Positions 63,855 to 64,000 of a stretch of DNA of 64,000 nucleotides are shown one piece after another. The notes below the pieces were generated by a model. It saw nothing but the letters and a program-made list of their open reading frames with translations, was not told the DNA's origin and ran no database searches. Origin of the DNA: an uncultured virus (IMG/VR IMGVR_UViG_3300028903_000203) (taxonomy: Duplodnaviria; Heunggongvirae; Uroviricota; Caudoviricetes); IMG/VR virus record IMGVR_UViG_3300028903_000203; one strand, 5' to 3'. Numbering within the stretch: the stretch's first letter is position 1; the number at the start of each line of letters is the position of its first letter. The translations under genes and the position numbers were made by a program.

Positions 63855-64000
63855 TCATGCGCCTACAACCTGGCGGGTTTTGAGCTGGACCACCTCGGTC
63901 TTCAGCACGTCCTGGGTGTGTCGCTGCCCTCGCACGGGGTATGGAGCGTGAGGTTGGTCCACCCGGACGCTCCATTCCAGGGCCACCCCGCCGTCGCGGG
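63855..64000 (-). CDS. 3' end of a gene entering from outside the window
   Basis: Open frame RDGGVALEWSVRVDQ...VVQLKTRQVVGA*. Confidence 0.4.
   Translation of the reverse strand, partial: RDGGVALEWSVRVDQPHAPYPVRGQRHTQDVLKTEVVQLKTRQVVGA

Larger units (their letters stand above)
1..64000. mobile_element. Segment of a large mobile/extrachromosomal element (megaplasmid or jumbo-phage-like); boundaries not in window
   Basis: Dense short hypothetical ORFs in long same-strand blocks, auxiliary ligase/topoisomerase/exonuclease, many consensus sigma70 promoters, no housekeeping operons; inference. Confidence 0.6.

Noticed and set aside
63676..63858. 60-aa - strand ORF (MRANAGETYC...) with ATGA overlap
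   Set aside because: Low-complexity Arg/Pro-rich sequence with no RBS evidence.
1..64000. tRNA, rRNA, hammerhead ribozyme, integrase, complete transposase, capsid/terminase
   Set aside because: No matching motifs found by eye; CTGATGA hits are mostly stop/start gene junctions.

Overview
GC-rich 64-kb segment that reads as part of a large mobile or extrachromosomal element (megaplasmid or jumbo-phage-like). A Chloroflexota-like host is an inference from recalled gene-family resemblance, not a database result. It is packed with short hypothetical, often Cys-rich ORFs in alternating strand blocks: - to ~11.2 kb, + to ~20.0 kb, - to ~48.1 kb, + to ~63.5 kb, then -. Recognisable genes: NAD-dependent DNA ligase, a type IIA topoisomerase B/A pair, a DEDDh exonuclease, a HAD phosphatase, a SAM methyltransferase, a TGT/DpdA-like protein next to a DUF6884-like protein, a STAND-like ATPase, and an XRE-XRE-hybrid kinase-TPR/HNH-GAF/GGDEF operon. 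I saw no capsid, terminase, integrase, relaxase, rRNA, tRNA or CRISPR array. The most striking signal is non-coding. (i) Five copies of a 28-bp quasi-palindrome (11-6-11, e.g. TGCTTTATCAG-GAAATC-GCAGTAAAGCA) sit at gene-module boundaries, with arms that appear reassorted between copies; these are candidate recombination or protein-binding sites. (ii) Three near-consensus sigma70 promoters share a 13-bp palindrome (ACTACAWTGTAGT) and a conserved 5' leader hairpin. All protein calls are by motif recognition only and need HMM or structure confirmation.
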